Of a DNA stretch of 64,000 nucleotides, positions 53,515 through 63,587 are shown in pieces (positions within the stretch are counted from its first letter, which is position 1; each line of letters opens with the position of its first letter). Under the pieces are notes generated by a model. It was given only the letters and a program-made list of their open reading frames with translations. It ran no database searches and was not told where the DNA came from. A program made the translations under genes and the position numbers. Source of the DNA: Salibacteraceae bacterium. Lineage in GTDB: Bacteria > Bacteroidota > Bacteroidia > Flavobacteriales_G > Salibacteraceae. The stretch lies in NCBI GenBank assembly GCA_965267285.1, contig OZ253948.1, forward strand, positions 1,037,480 through 1,101,479, read 5' to 3'.

Positions 53515-55263
53515 ATGAGGGTTCTTGTCATTTTCATGCTTTCCGTCCTCTACCTTCCTGCCTATGCCCAACTACTTGAATGGAGTTCCGTGGAGGTGAA
53601 GCCAAAGCGACTGAAGGAACTTGGAGTCCGCCGCCTTGACATCACCGATCCTCGAAAAGATGAACACGAGGGTCAGAATTTCTACTTGTATGATGAGCTT
53701 GGGCATTTGTCACGTATCGCGGATTCATCCTTGTATTTTGAAGAATACACGGATTACAGTAACAAGGTCGACGAGCAAGGTCGATTGGTCTACGAAGAGC
53801 GAGTTGACAAGAAAATATCACGCAACAACTTCGAGTATTACACCTACAATGATCAAGACCTCTTGATTCGAAAGAAGGAAATTGTCCTGGCTTTTAAAGA
53901 GCTCATATTGGAAACCGAATACAAGTATGTTGATGGTGTACTATCCGAAGAAGTCGGCTATGTCAATGGTAGCAAGATGTCAGAGAAAAAATACTTCAAT
54001 GGATATGATTCAAAACCAGACTCGGCCCAATTATATCGCTTTGGTCGAAGGGACAGGGACGGAATGATATACCAGCGCTTTTACTACGAACATCATCCTA
54101 AAGGAGAACAAAAGGCAGTTTACGAAGTCCTTCTCACGGGTGATACCGTGAGGGTTGAGAAGCACGACAGAGACGGAAACCTTGTCTTCAAGAAGGAACC
54201 AACGCCGGATGCAAAACCCGAGTACGGCGAAATCACTTATCAGACCTTTACTTATGTCTACAAGAAGGGAAAATTAGTCGAGGAAATCAGAACCAACGAC
54301 ACCTATCGCAATCATGACGGCAGTGATTGGGAAGGAAGAATACAGTACGACAAAAACGGAAACCCCATTCCAAAAGAAGGGCAGTCGGCTGTCACCCCGG
54401 AAATAGTCCAGTATTCATCAAATGGTTGGGAAGTTGAGGCATCTATCTTCAAGGGAGACACGGCCTCAAAGGAGCTTAACCGGAAAACAGCAGATGGGTC
54501 AGAGAAAAGGCTCGAATACCTCAATCCCATCTACAATCGACAGATCACTGAGATTTCCCAATTCGATAGGAATGGCAACTTGATCTACAAGGTAGAGGAG
54601 ACCTCTTTTGTAGAACAGACTTGTACAACAGATTATGCCTACCACCCTGACCATCGTATAGAATCGGAGGTTTGCGCTCGTACTGGTTATGATGAAGGAG
54701 CCGAAAGCAATTCGATTTTCACCTACTACTACACTCGGGACAAAAAGTTAGTACGCGAAACAATAGAAACCAAAAACTACGAGGTAGATGACACACTCAA
54801 GTTGCTTTCTGAAAAGATCTATTTCAATAACAAAAGGGGAGATGCCGATTCAGCCATCTACAAAGTTTATGACCGATCCAGAAGCAAGATCAAGATGAGC
54901 GCGTCAAAGCATACATACTACTATGGTAAAAACGATTTGGTTCTAAGAATTGAAACGACGAGATGGGGTAGTAAGAACGACACAACCATTACGAGGCTGG
55001 ACGAATTCGAATACCACACAAATGATTCTGTAAGTGTGAGAAAGATTTACTTGCAGGCGCATCTAATCCCCAAGCGTATTCCAAACGAGATCAGGTACTT
55101 CGACAAGGAAGGCAAGATTCAAAAAATCGAATACTTCAACGACCGCAATGAATTGCGGAACGTCCTAAAGATTGTCTACGACAAGCGAGGCCTTTGTGTA
55201 AGCCAAACACTAAAGAGGGATGATTATATAGAAGAAAGCCGCTTTTTGAAGTACTCCCCCTGA
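53515..55263 (+). CDS. Exported protein with degenerate YD/RHS-like repeats
   Basis: Signal peptide. Recurrent (Y/F/H)D..G.L motifs: YDELGHL, VDEQGRLVYEE, HDRDGNLVFKK, YDKNGNPI, FDRNGNLIYKVEE, FDKEGKIQKIEYF, YDKRGLCV. Confidence 0.55.
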   Translation: MRVLVIFMLSVLYLPAYAQLLEWSSVEVKPKRLKELGVRRLDITDPRKDEHEGQNFYLYDELGHLSRIADSSLYFEEYTDYSNKVDEQGRLVYEERVDKKISRNNFEYYTYNDQDLLIRKKEIVLAFKELILETEYKYVDGVLSEEVGYVNGSKMSEKKYFNGYDSKPDSAQLYRFGRRDRDGMIYQRFYYEHHPKGEQKAVYEVLLTGDTVRVEKHDRDGNLVFKKEPTPDAKPEYGEITYQTFTYVYKKGKLVEEIRTNDTYRNHDGSDWEGRIQYDKNGNPIPKEGQSAVTPEIVQYSSNGWEVEASIFKGDTASKELNRKTADGSEKRLEYLNPIYNRQITEISQFDRNGNLIYKVEETSFVEQTCTTDYAYHPDHRIESEVCARTGYDEGAESNSIFTYYYTRDKKLVRETIETKNYEVDDTLKLLSEKIYFNNKRGDADSAIYKVYDRSRSKIKMSASKHTYYYGKNDLVLRIETTRWGSKNDTTITRLDEFEYHTNDSVSVRKIYLQAHLIPKRIPNEIRYFDKEGKIQKIEYFNDRNELRNVLKIVYDKRGLCVSQTLKRDDYIEESRFLKYSP

Positions 55264-55266
55264 AGC

Positions 55267-57414
55267 CTATTCTGCTGGAACTGGAAACCCTCGATCCCGC
55301 ATCAGCGCTTCGATCTTGGCCTCGCGACCTCTGAACTTTTTGTATGCTTCTGCCGGGTCAATGGCGTTCCTGGGAGCGAATAAATACTTAACCGCTTTAT
55401 CAGCCAGGTCTTTATCGTAGAACCCGCCAGGTGCCTCTGCAAATGCCTCCGCAGCATCTGCCGTCAGGACATCTGCCCACATGTAGCCGTAGTAAGCCGT
55501 GGCATAACCCTCACCAGAGAAAACATGCCCAAAATGCGGCGTGCGATGTCGCATAGGAAGTTCCCTGGGCATGCCCAATTCTGCTAATGTCTCTTTCTCA
55601 AATGCATCCACATCGATATCCAAGGGATCTGCCAGGTGCAGCCTCATATCCATAAGTGCGGAAGCGAGGTATTCGGTCGTCGAGAAGCCCTGGTTAAATG
55701 TTGCCGCCTTCTTGATCTTATTGACCAACTGATCCGGCATAGGTTTCCCGGTTTCCGCGTGAACCAGGTAATTCTTGATCACTTCATCGGTTGAAAGCCA
55801 GCGTTCAAGCAGCTGAGATTGAAACTCAGTGTAATCCCTGACACCACTGTTTAGTGTCGGATACTTCACATCCGAGGAAAGGAAATGGAGCGCGTGTCCA
55901 AATTCGTGGAAGAAAGTGATGGCATCATCCCACGAAACCAGGAGCGGTGTACCCGGTGCCGGTTTCACAAAGTTGGAATTGTTGGAAGACAATACATTCT
56001 TGTCTCCATCAAAAGACGATTGACTCCTATAAGTTGTAGCCCAGGCTCCTGAACGTTTGCCCTTTCTGGCGTACGGATCCAAGTACCAGAGCCCGACGTT
56101 CTCCCCGGTATTCTTGTCTGTGACCTCCCATACTTTGACGTCCTCGTGAAAAACAGGAACAGAGCCTTCAGGGACAGGTTCAAAATTGAAATCGAATAAG
56201 CGATCGGCAACATAATGCATGGCCTCGATCAATTTGTCAGCCTGGAGGTATTGCTTGACCTCATCCGAGTTCAGGTCATACTTCTCTGCACGTACTTTTT
56301 CCGCATAGTAACGATAGTCCCACGGTTCGATCGTGATATCGTCACCATTCTTATCTGCTATTGCCTGCATGTCTGCAACTTCCTCTACCACCCTTGCTAT
56401 TGCGGCCGGCCACACAGCCTCCATCAGTGCCATGGCATTTTCAGGATTCTTGGCCATGCGGTCTTGAAGCCGCCATTCCGCATAATTGGCATGACCCAGA
56501 AGTTCGACCCGCTCACGTCTCAGTTTCAGAATCTTGGCAATAATTCCATTGTTGTCATATTCGTCACCATTGTCTCCTCGTGAATAGTAGTTTGTCCAAA
56601 CCCCTTTTCTTAATTCGCGTTCAGTGGAATAGGTGAGGAAGGGGTCCATGGATGATCGGGTATTGGTGATGGCGTACATGCCCTCCTTGCCATTGTCGTT
56701 GGCAATTTTCGCAGCGGCTTTGATAAATCCTTCCGAGAGCCCTCCCAACTGATCTTCTGTAAGGTAGGTGATATATCCCTCTTCGTCGTGAAGGACATTG
56801 TTGGAAAACGTTGTATAGAGACTGGAAAGCTCCTTATTGATCGCAGCATACCGTTCTTTTTTCTCTCCTTCAAGCTCAGCGCCATTCATGGCGAACCCTT
56901 TGTAGGTGAGTTCAACCACCCTTTGAGCCTCGGGATTCAGAGGATTCTCCTGAGATTCCTCGTAGACAGATTTAATTCGATTAAACAGCGCCTTGTTTTG
57001 TGTGATTTTGGATCGATATTCCGCCATTTTAGGCGCTAACTCCTTTTGAATTTCCCGGAACTCAGGACTGGAGACATTGCTGCTCATGATGCCGTAGTAA
57101 GTAAATGCCCGGTCCAGGGATTCGCCGGTTTTTTCCATTTCAACAATAGTGTTCTCGAATGTCGGTGCGTCCGGGTTGTTGGCGATCTCATCGATCTCAG
57201 CCAACCTGATTTCCATGCCCAGGAGCACGGCCTCCTTGATCTGATTGACATCCATTTTATCAAAGGCTGGAACACCTCCATATGGGCCGGTCCATTCTTG
57301 CAGGTGAATATTTTTGTTCGTAGGTTCTTGCACGCTTGTTTCATTTTGTCCGCAGCTCACAAGCCCAATGGCCAATAGGACTCCAAGAGCGGGATGGATT
57401 GCTATGATTCTCAT
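55267..57414 (-). CDS. dcp: M3-family peptidyl-dipeptidase (Dcp-like), lipoprotein
   Basis: HEFGHALH zinc motif. ATG 57414 gives MRIIAIHPALGVLLAIGLVSCGQ. Confidence 0.88.
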   Translation of the reverse strand: MRIIAIHPALGVLLAIGLVSCGQNETSVQEPTNKNIHLQEWTGPYGGVPAFDKMDVNQIKEAVLLGMEIRLAEIDEIANNPDAPTFENTIVEMEKTGESLDRAFTYYGIMSSNVSSPEFREIQKELAPKMAEYRSKITQNKALFNRIKSVYEESQENPLNPEAQRVVELTYKGFAMNGAELEGEKKERYAAINKELSSLYTTFSNNVLHDEEGYITYLTEDQLGGLSEGFIKAAAKIANDNGKEGMYAITNTRSSMDPFLTYSTERELRKGVWTNYYSRGDNGDEYDNNGIIAKILKLRRERVELLGHANYAEWRLQDRMAKNPENAMALMEAVWPAAIARVVEEVADMQAIADKNGDDITIEPWDYRYYAEKVRAEKYDLNSDEVKQYLQADKLIEAMHYVADRLFDFNFEPVPEGSVPVFHEDVKVWEVTDKNTGENVGLWYLDPYARKGKRSGAWATTYRSQSSFDGDKNVLSSNNSNFVKPAPGTPLLVSWDDAITFFHEFGHALHFLSSDVKYPTLNSGVRDYTEFQSQLLERWLSTDEVIKNYLVHAETGKPMPDQLVNKIKKAATFNQGFSTTEYLASALMDMRLHLADPLDIDVDAFEKETLAELGMPRELPMRHRTPHFGHVFSGEGYATAYYGYMWADVLTADAAEAFAEAPGGFYDKDLADKAVKYLFAPRNAIDPAEAYKKFRGREAKIEALMRDRGFPVPAE

Positions 57415-57466
57415 TGAAATGCTTTTCGATTTCCGAGTGGGCAAGTTAGAAAATCCCATCGTGCCA

Positions 57467-58921
57467 TTAATTCCTGCGTAGGAATATGATCGAATGGAAA
57501 CTAGGTGAACTAGAGATCAGGGTTGATTCATACCCGGGCAGGCTCAAAGCCCTTCCCGGAAAATTGCTCATTACATAGAACGCATCTCCCGCGCTCTTGA
57601 GATCTTCCAGTTTATATGTCTGCCTGAACGGTATGTTATAAATGTCGAGGTAGTATGGAATACCATGCTCCTCGCAACGATACACCACTACCGGAAGTGG
57701 AGCTTCCTTGTGGATCGAACGCAATATTCGAGTGTCGGCCAGCGGGTGATAATGCCATGAGTAGTATTGCGCAAATAAATCCTGGGACTTCCTGCCATCC
57801 CGGATATCTGTCAACACCTGTTGCTCGGCTTTCTCCATTTGCCCGGCCAACACGAAAGAACAATAGACGACAACACCTGCAAACAGGATGACGTGGGCGG
57901 CTTTCGTTCTTTTCCACAGGAAGAATAATCCGGCAGCGATGAGTACGGATAGAAAAGGTGCCGCCACAACAAACACCCTAAGTGGCGCACGATCACCGCG
58001 TGCCAGAACCAGCAACATCGGCAACAAAAGCACAGAAAGGCATATCCAAAGAGGCATGTTCTTCCACTTCCTAAACCCGATGACGAGCCCGGCCAATGAG
58101 ATTAGCATCAAAATCCACCTACCGGAGATGAAACTGCTTGGAATGTTCGCCCAGTAAAAGGAAATGAGTTCTGTATCGAAGGATGGCCCAGGCTTCACAT
58201 AATCGTTGGCAAATACGTCACGGAATACTGGTGCATACATGGCCAGGCCTGTCAGCAATCCCAGTAGGCTGGCCAGAAGCACTCTTAGGTTGGCGTTAGA
58301 GGCCTTAAGCCTCATTCCAAAGAATGGAACCGGAGCCAAAACAGCCAATACGAAATAGAGATTTGAGGGAATGGTGTACAGGGCCAAGGCACCGGAAATG
58401 ACGATGCCGGCAAGTTGCGAAGCTCGTTGTCCTCTGAAGAATTCGAGGACAAAGAATGTAAACATCGACAGCAACATCATGCTTAAGCCATATCCCCGAA
58501 TCTGTAGTGAAAAGGTGAAATAGGGTAGGGTAGTGAGAAGCAGTACAACGGCGATCAAGCCTCCATAGGAGTTAGTGAAATATCGACTTATCCGGAATAC
58601 AAATAGCGCCGTTATAGCAGAATAGAAAAGTGGTAGAATCCGAAACCGCCATGGCATTTCCAATATGGTGCCCAAGTCGCTCACACCCGACATTTTCAAA
58701 TAGAAATGATACAGGAGATTAAAGAGTATATGATTGTTTGGTACATGGTAGTCGGTGACGATGGTACGGTAATCGGTCAGGGCAAACTTTACCATGGTAT
58801 AGAGCTCGTCATTCCAGAAGTCAAGGTTGATGTGCATATAGTGGATCAATACAAATCCCACCGCGACTACCAACACAGAGCCGATGTAAAAAAGTCTCTC
58901 AAGTGTACCATCCTGCTGCAT
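57467..58921 (-). CDS. Polytopic membrane protein, ArnT/PMT-like (GT-C) glycosyltransferase suspected
   Basis: About 11 TM in the N-terminal 360 aa plus a soluble C-terminal domain. The topology resembles GT39/GT83, but no motif was confirmed. Confidence 0.5.
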   Translation of the reverse strand: MQQDGTLERLFYIGSVLVVAVGFVLIHYMHINLDFWNDELYTMVKFALTDYRTIVTDYHVPNNHILFNLLYHFYLKMSGVSDLGTILEMPWRFRILPLFYSAITALFVFRISRYFTNSYGGLIAVVLLLTTLPYFTFSLQIRGYGLSMMLLSMFTFFVLEFFRGQRASQLAGIVISGALALYTIPSNLYFVLAVLAPVPFFGMRLKASNANLRVLLASLLGLLTGLAMYAPVFRDVFANDYVKPGPSFDTELISFYWANIPSSFISGRWILMLISLAGLVIGFRKWKNMPLWICLSVLLLPMLLVLARGDRAPLRVFVVAAPFLSVLIAAGLFFLWKRTKAAHVILFAGVVVYCSFVLAGQMEKAEQQVLTDIRDGRKSQDLFAQYYSWHYHPLADTRILRSIHKEAPLPVVVYRCEEHGIPYYLDIYNIPFRQTYKLEDLKSAGDAFYVMSNFPGRALSLPGYESTLISSSPSFHSIIFLRRN

Positions 58922-58976
58922 GAAGGTTGGAAGATACTATTCCGATCCAATTTTAGATCCGCTCGAAGCATCGGAC

Positions 58977-58984
58977 TAATTTTG
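58977..58984 (+). promoter_or_regulatory. Candidate -7 box TAATTTTG
   Basis: CTAATTTTGCAAAC resembles the core of the 19-nt element at 8946 and 17517. It lies 6 nt before GTG 58991. Confidence 0.3.
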
Positions 58985-58990
58985 CAAACT

Positions 58991-59368
58991 GTGGTACGCC
59001 AGTTCAAGGACATCTTAAAAGGCATTCTCAACGTAGAGTTTAAACCACGTCATTGGCTCGGTGGGTTGGGGTTGATGGTAATTCACCTGTTCCTTACACC
59101 CTCGGAAGTTTGGGAAATCATTGAGGAAGGTTATGGATACCCGCTCATCCTCTACTTTCTTTTCTTATTCACCTTCTTTGCAGGATTAATGTGGTTGGCT
59201 TTGGTCCTTGGCGTAGTGGTGATCACAGGTATCGTTTACCCTCCTTTATCTCAATACTTCAAGATCTATTTTTTCTTGTGCGGTATCCTGTTCTTCCTTC
59301 TGTTAGGATTATATATTGCGTTGTTCTTTGCCGTTATCGCTCATGCGATCGGGGTGATGATATCCTAA
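58991..59368 (+). CDS. Small membrane protein (3-4 TM)
   Basis: The hydrophobic C-terminal two thirds are clear. The start is uncertain (GTG 58991 or ATG 59075). The listed 58706 start overlaps the divergent gene. Confidence 0.45.
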   Translation: MVRQFKDILKGILNVEFKPRHWLGGLGLMVIHLFLTPSEVWEIIEEGYGYPLILYFLFLFTFFAGLMWLALVLGVVVITGIVYPPLSQYFKIYFFLCGILFFLLLGLYIALFFAVIAHAIGVMIS

Positions 59369-59385
59369 ACAAATGCGGAAGGAAG

Positions 59386-59835
59386 TCAAAAGTGAATCTT
59401 CATGCCTTCATGAGAGGCTACAAAGCCCAGATCCTCATAAAACCGAATGGCATCTGGTCTTTTTTTGTCGGAGGTGAGTTGGAGTAGATGGGCTCCTTTT
59501 TGCCTGGCCCTTTCGATTGCCCATTCAAACATCGATTTTCCCAATCCCTGCCCTCGTTTATCCTTGTGGATTCTAACCGCTTCGATTTGTGCCCGCACAC
59601 CTCCCTTGTAGGTAAGGTACTGGATAAATGAAAGCTGCAGCGTTCCGATCACTTTCCCCTCATCTTCCACGACAATCAACTCCTGGTGTTGATCTTGATC
59701 GATTACGTCGAAAGCATTGTAATATGTTTTGGGGAGCGGGTCTTCAAATTGTTCACGAGTTTGACCCAATGCATCGTCGGCGAGCATTTCAACTATGGCA
59801 GCGACATCTTTTCGCTCTGCTTTTCTATACTTCAT
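59386..59835 (-). CDS. GNAT-family N-acetyltransferase
   Basis: ...RGQGLGKSMFEWAIERARQKGA.LLQLT acetyl-CoA-binding motif. ATG 59835 (the listed start is TTG). Confidence 0.88.
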   Translation of the reverse strand: MKYRKAERKDVAAIVEMLADDALGQTREQFEDPLPKTYYNAFDVIDQDQHQELIVVEDEGKVIGTLQLSFIQYLTYKGGVRAQIEAVRIHKDKRGQGLGKSMFEWAIERARQKGAHLLQLTSDKKRPDAIRFYEDLGFVASHEGMKIHF

Positions 59836-59868
59836 GATCAACAGCTAATCTGCAATATTAGCCATCGA

Positions 59869-60903
59869 TTACATCAGAACACCCTTCTTGGATTTGATTT
59901 GAGGAGGAAGGTCTTTTTCCCCAAGCATTTCTCGTAAGTCTATCTCAATGGTGCGACACAAGGAGAGCATTGGGATGTCGTTGGCCATTCCCTGAAACGG
60001 GTTTTCGGAATAGTCCCCAACGATTTCCATCATGACGTATACCCACCCGATGAGCGCAGCGATCGGTATTGACAGCCAAAACCCCCAGTCGCCCAATCCC
60101 ATGAGCTCTGGAATCATCGTAAAGGGAAGCAGTGTGATGAAAATTCCGACAAAGTATCGACTCATATTGGCGTATTGCCTCGGCAATGGAAACTTCTTTA
60201 TCCGCTCATTTTTTCCTTGGAGCTCATAAAAACTCCTGAGGACATTTTCCATTTCCATATGGCGAAAATCATCAATAAGTCCCTTTTCGCGAAGTTTGGT
60301 CAAGTCACGAGATTGTTCATTCACGATTTGTGTGGCGGTATTTACAGCACCTACCAGCCTGTCGTGTTCATTCTTTGGAAGGAATTGCCCCAACTCAAGC
60401 CTGGTTACTTCGTCATCTACCAATCCGATTCCAAATTGATCCTGATATCTCTTTGCCGTTCTCCCAATATGCCCTCCCTGGCTTATATGCTCCCACGGGG
60501 TTGCCACCAAAAGTTGACTTCTGTGGGCATAGAGCCAGGCAATGTGCCGGTATATCAATCTCCGTTTTATCCCTGAGATCTCCTTTTCACCGGCTGTTTC
60601 ATTTGAAAATTGATTGGTAACAAATCCATCGACCATCATTCCCCAGGTTCGGCTGTCGTTCACAATACCACCCCATATCTTACGTGCTTCCCACATTCTG
60701 TCGTAAGCTTGATTGTTCTTAAAACCAACATAGAATGCGACGGCAGTACCTATGACGGATACAGGCAACCATGGAATACTAAATCGAATCCAACCAAACT
60801 CGTAGGCGGTAGCTACACCGCCCATCAACACGAGTAACCAAATAATATGGGGGCCTGTCCACTTTAAAAGATTGGATATGCTGATTCCCTTGGAAATGAC
60901 CAT
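59869..60903 (-). CDS. Bestrophin-family (UPF0187) channel homologue, second copy
   Basis: AVAFYVGFKNNQAYDRMWEARKIWGGIVN and ...ENPFQG... motifs, parallel to 41731-42606. Confidence 0.8.
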   Translation of the reverse strand: MVISKGISISNLLKWTGPHIIWLLVLMGGVATAYEFGWIRFSIPWLPVSVIGTAVAFYVGFKNNQAYDRMWEARKIWGGIVNDSRTWGMMVDGFVTNQFSNETAGEKEISGIKRRLIYRHIAWLYAHRSQLLVATPWEHISQGGHIGRTAKRYQDQFGIGLVDDEVTRLELGQFLPKNEHDRLVGAVNTATQIVNEQSRDLTKLREKGLIDDFRHMEMENVLRSFYELQGKNERIKKFPLPRQYANMSRYFVGIFITLLPFTMIPELMGLGDWGFWLSIPIAALIGWVYVMMEIVGDYSENPFQGMANDIPMLSLCRTIEIDLREMLGEKDLPPQIKSKKGVLM

Positions 60904-60948
60904 AGCGATTAGTTTATTTCTGGAATCTAATGATTCTTTCTGTTACGG

Positions 60949-62079
60949 CTATTCCTTTTTCGATGCCAAACTAATCTGCTCAAGTTCCTTCCACCACGAT
61001 TCATTGTTGATGCGATCTCCAAGTGTAAGGGTTTGACCAAGTTTAGGCGTAACCAGTGTAACTCCTTCTTCTTTGGCACTGGCAACTGCCAGGTTGATCG
61101 GCTCAAACCAATCGTGGTTCGAAAGGTCAAACGTGCCCCAGTGTATTGGGAACATGATTTTTGCCCCAATGTCCCGGGCTGCCTGAACCGACTTCTCCGG
61201 GCGCATGTGGATGTCTTGCCATCCGAGGTCAAGCCCGTAATCGCCCACCTTGATGAAGGCAAGGTCTACCGGACCAAGTTTTTCCCCAATTTCTCTGAAG
61301 TGACCCTCATAGCCTGAATCTCCACTGTGGAATATTGTATACGCGCCACTCTTGATAATCCACGAAGTCCAAAGGGTAGAGTTGTCTGGCATCTTGCGCC
61401 CGGAATAATGCCTGGCTGGAGTGCAATGGATTGAAAAGCCGTCAATTTCAACGCTTTCCCACCAATCCATCTCCGAGATCTGTCCTTCGGCCACTCCCCA
61501 TTCCATGAGGTGGGCTTTGATGCCGAGGCCTACAAAAAACATGGCGCCTTTTTTAGCCAGAACCTGAATACTCTTCATGTCCAGATGATCGTAATGATCA
61601 TGTGATATGGTCACAAAGTCAATCGGAGGCAATTCCTCAGCCTCCAACGGAGGAGGGTTAAAGCGTTCGGGCGCGACCATTTTGACAGGAAATGCGTGAG
61701 AAGAAAGCATGGGATCGGTGAGGATTCTCTTGCCATTCATTTCCACATACACCGTGGCATGACCGAACCATGTTGATCGTATCCCGGAATCGACCTCCTG
61801 CGATATCAATGGTCGCTCCATAGGGAAGGGCCCCGGAGGGGTGCGAACTTGTCCTCCCATCATATCCTTGATGTTTGTAGAGATACTGGACTCTATTACC
61901 TCAGGGGTATTTTCAAAACTTCCGTCAAAGTATTGAGGGGATGATTGGGCCTTTTCGAGACTTGCAGCATTCATGCTACCACCAAACTCGGTATCACTTG
62001 TAATAATGCTGGCGGCAACGAAGAGAATTGCTGCCAGTCCACCGACAACTATTAATGTCCATTTGAGAAATCGAATCAT
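60949..62079 (-). CDS. Membrane-anchored MBL-fold hydrolase (NAPE-PLD-like subgroup)
   Basis: N-terminal TM. VTISHDHYDHLD (HxHxDH). Confidence 0.8.
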   Translation of the reverse strand: MIRFLKWTLIVVGGLAAILFVAASIITSDTEFGGSMNAASLEKAQSSPQYFDGSFENTPEVIESSISTNIKDMMGGQVRTPPGPFPMERPLISQEVDSGIRSTWFGHATVYVEMNGKRILTDPMLSSHAFPVKMVAPERFNPPPLEAEELPPIDFVTISHDHYDHLDMKSIQVLAKKGAMFFVGLGIKAHLMEWGVAEGQISEMDWWESVEIDGFSIHCTPARHYSGRKMPDNSTLWTSWIIKSGAYTIFHSGDSGYEGHFREIGEKLGPVDLAFIKVGDYGLDLGWQDIHMRPEKSVQAARDIGAKIMFPIHWGTFDLSNHDWFEPINLAVASAKEEGVTLVTPKLGQTLTLGDRINNESWWKELEQISLASKKE

Positions 62080-62101
62080 GACTTTAGGTTTTGGTAAGAT
62101 A

Positions 62102-63010
62102 TCAGTTCAAACCGCGGTATTCGACAGGAGTTTTGCCCGTTTTGGACTTAAACAATCGCGTGAAATAGTGCGGGTAGTTGAACCCAAGCTCATAGGCAAT
62201 CTCGCTCACGGATTGTTCTGTGACCAGGAGCATGTTCTTTGCCTTTTCCACCACAAAGTCATTGATGTGATCTTTGGGAGCGCGCCCTGTCTCCTTTTTT
62301 AGCAAATCGCTGAAATAATGTTGTGACAAATGAGCCTTGTCAGCAAAGTGCTGGATAGAAGGAAGGCCGTTCTCAACCAATTTCTGCGAATTGAAATATT
62401 GCTTAAGCTCAACTTCGAATTGTGACACGATGTCCTTGCTATGATGCGTTCGTGTATTGAATTGCCGCTCATAGAATCTCAAACAGTAATTGAGCAGTAG
62501 TTCGAGGTTTGAGACGATCACTCGCTGGCTGTGGTTATCGATCCTTTGCTCATATTCCGCCTTGATATTCGCTACGGTATCTTCCACTGTCTTTTCTTCC
62601 ACCTCTGAAAGGTGCAAGGCTTCGAAGACATCATAATTAAAGTACGAGTAATCGTCCATCTGGCTACCCAAATTGGTATTTCGTATCAGATCCGGATGGA
62701 AGTATAGAATCCAGCCTTCGATATCTCCTTCCTGGATTTCTTTTGTTGGAGAGTACACTTGTCCGGGAGCCGAAAATACCATCACACCTTCTTCAAAGTC
62801 GAAGGTGTTTCGACCGTACTGCATGCCACAACTCTTGTCTTTAAGAGAGATCATGTAGAAGTCTGCAACCAATTTGGAGCCCACTTGCTCTTCAGGAACT
62901 TTGATTTTAGAGGCATCGACCAAAGAGATCTGCGGATGGATCGGCTTTGGAAAACCCATTGCCTCATGCAATTGGCTAATTGATTTTACGCGGAATACTT
63001 CTTCTGACAT
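62102..63010 (-). CDS. AraC-family transcriptional regulator
   Basis: C-terminal double HTH ...SQHYFSDLLKKETG..., IAYELGFNYPHYFTRLFKSKTGKTPVEYR. Confidence 0.9.
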   Translation of the reverse strand: MSEEVFRVKSISQLHEAMGFPKPIHPQISLVDASKIKVPEEQVGSKLVADFYMISLKDKSCGMQYGRNTFDFEEGVMVFSAPGQVYSPTKEIQEGDIEGWILYFHPDLIRNTNLGSQMDDYSYFNYDVFEALHLSEVEEKTVEDTVANIKAEYEQRIDNHSQRVIVSNLELLLNYCLRFYERQFNTRTHHSKDIVSQFEVELKQYFNSQKLVENGLPSIQHFADKAHLSQHYFSDLLKKETGRAPKDHINDFVVEKAKNMLLVTEQSVSEIAYELGFNYPHYFTRLFKSKTGKTPVEYRGLN

Positions 63011-63068
63011 ATGTAATTATTTGATAAACAAATGTCTCGCTTCTGTGGATTCCAGCATAACACAAAAC

Positions 63069-63082
63069 GCTGATTGATCAGC
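63069..63082. promoter_or_regulatory. Palindrome GCTGAT-tg-ATCAGC upstream of the AraC-family gene
   Basis: 6-bp arms with a 2-nt spacer, 59-72 nt upstream of ATG 63010. Possible operator. Confidence 0.2.
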
Positions 63083-63098
63083 ATATTTTGTGGATGTA

Positions 63099-63584
63099 CT
63101 ACCTGAAATTGAGCATCATTCCAGCCGTGACAAACTGATCTTCTACACCCAATTCAACCCTTGAATATTCGGAAAAAACAGTGAGCTTGCCAAAATTCCT
63201 GTGGATCCCTATGCCAAACACAACACCAAAGCCATCGCTTGTTTCAAGGTCCTTTTCTACCGTGTAGTTTGCACCGATCAGGGGGTATATTCCTACAAGC
63301 CTGGTTTCAAAAATATAGTGCCCAACAAAGTCAAAGTCAATAACCTCCTTTGTTCCGGATTTAAAGTAGGCGTACTCCGGCCCGAAGCAGATTTTTTCGT
63401 CCATGTTGTAATACATCCTGAAATTGATCCCTGGGTTTGCAAGATGAAAGGCAAAAGGCGCTCCCATCCCTACGGTCAGCGATCGTTCGGGGAAATGGCA
63501 ATGCATGCTCGATTCCGATGTTTCTTGAGCAAGAGCGCCGTGGAATATTTTTAGGCAAGCCAGTAATAGAGTTAACCTCAACAT
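63099..63584 (-). CDS. Small outer-membrane beta-barrel protein (OmpW/OprF-N-like 8-strand type)
   Basis: Signal peptide, alternating hydrophobic pattern, and C-terminal ...GMMLNFR. Confidence 0.6.
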   Translation of the reverse strand: MLRLTLLLACLKIFHGALAQETSESSMHCHFPERSLTVGMGAPFAFHLANPGINFRMYYNMDEKICFGPEYAYFKSGTKEVIDFDFVGHYIFETRLVGIYPLIGANYTVEKDLETSDGFGVVFGIGIHRNFGKLTVFSEYSRVELGVEDQFVTAGMMLNFR

Positions 63585-63587
63585 GGT

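Noticed and set aside
63069-63082. GCTGATTGATCAGC as a terminator for the OMP gene at 63099-63584.
   Set aside because: A 2-nt loop is too small for an RNA hairpin, and there is no adjacent U-tract on the minus strand. It is kept only as a weak operator candidate.
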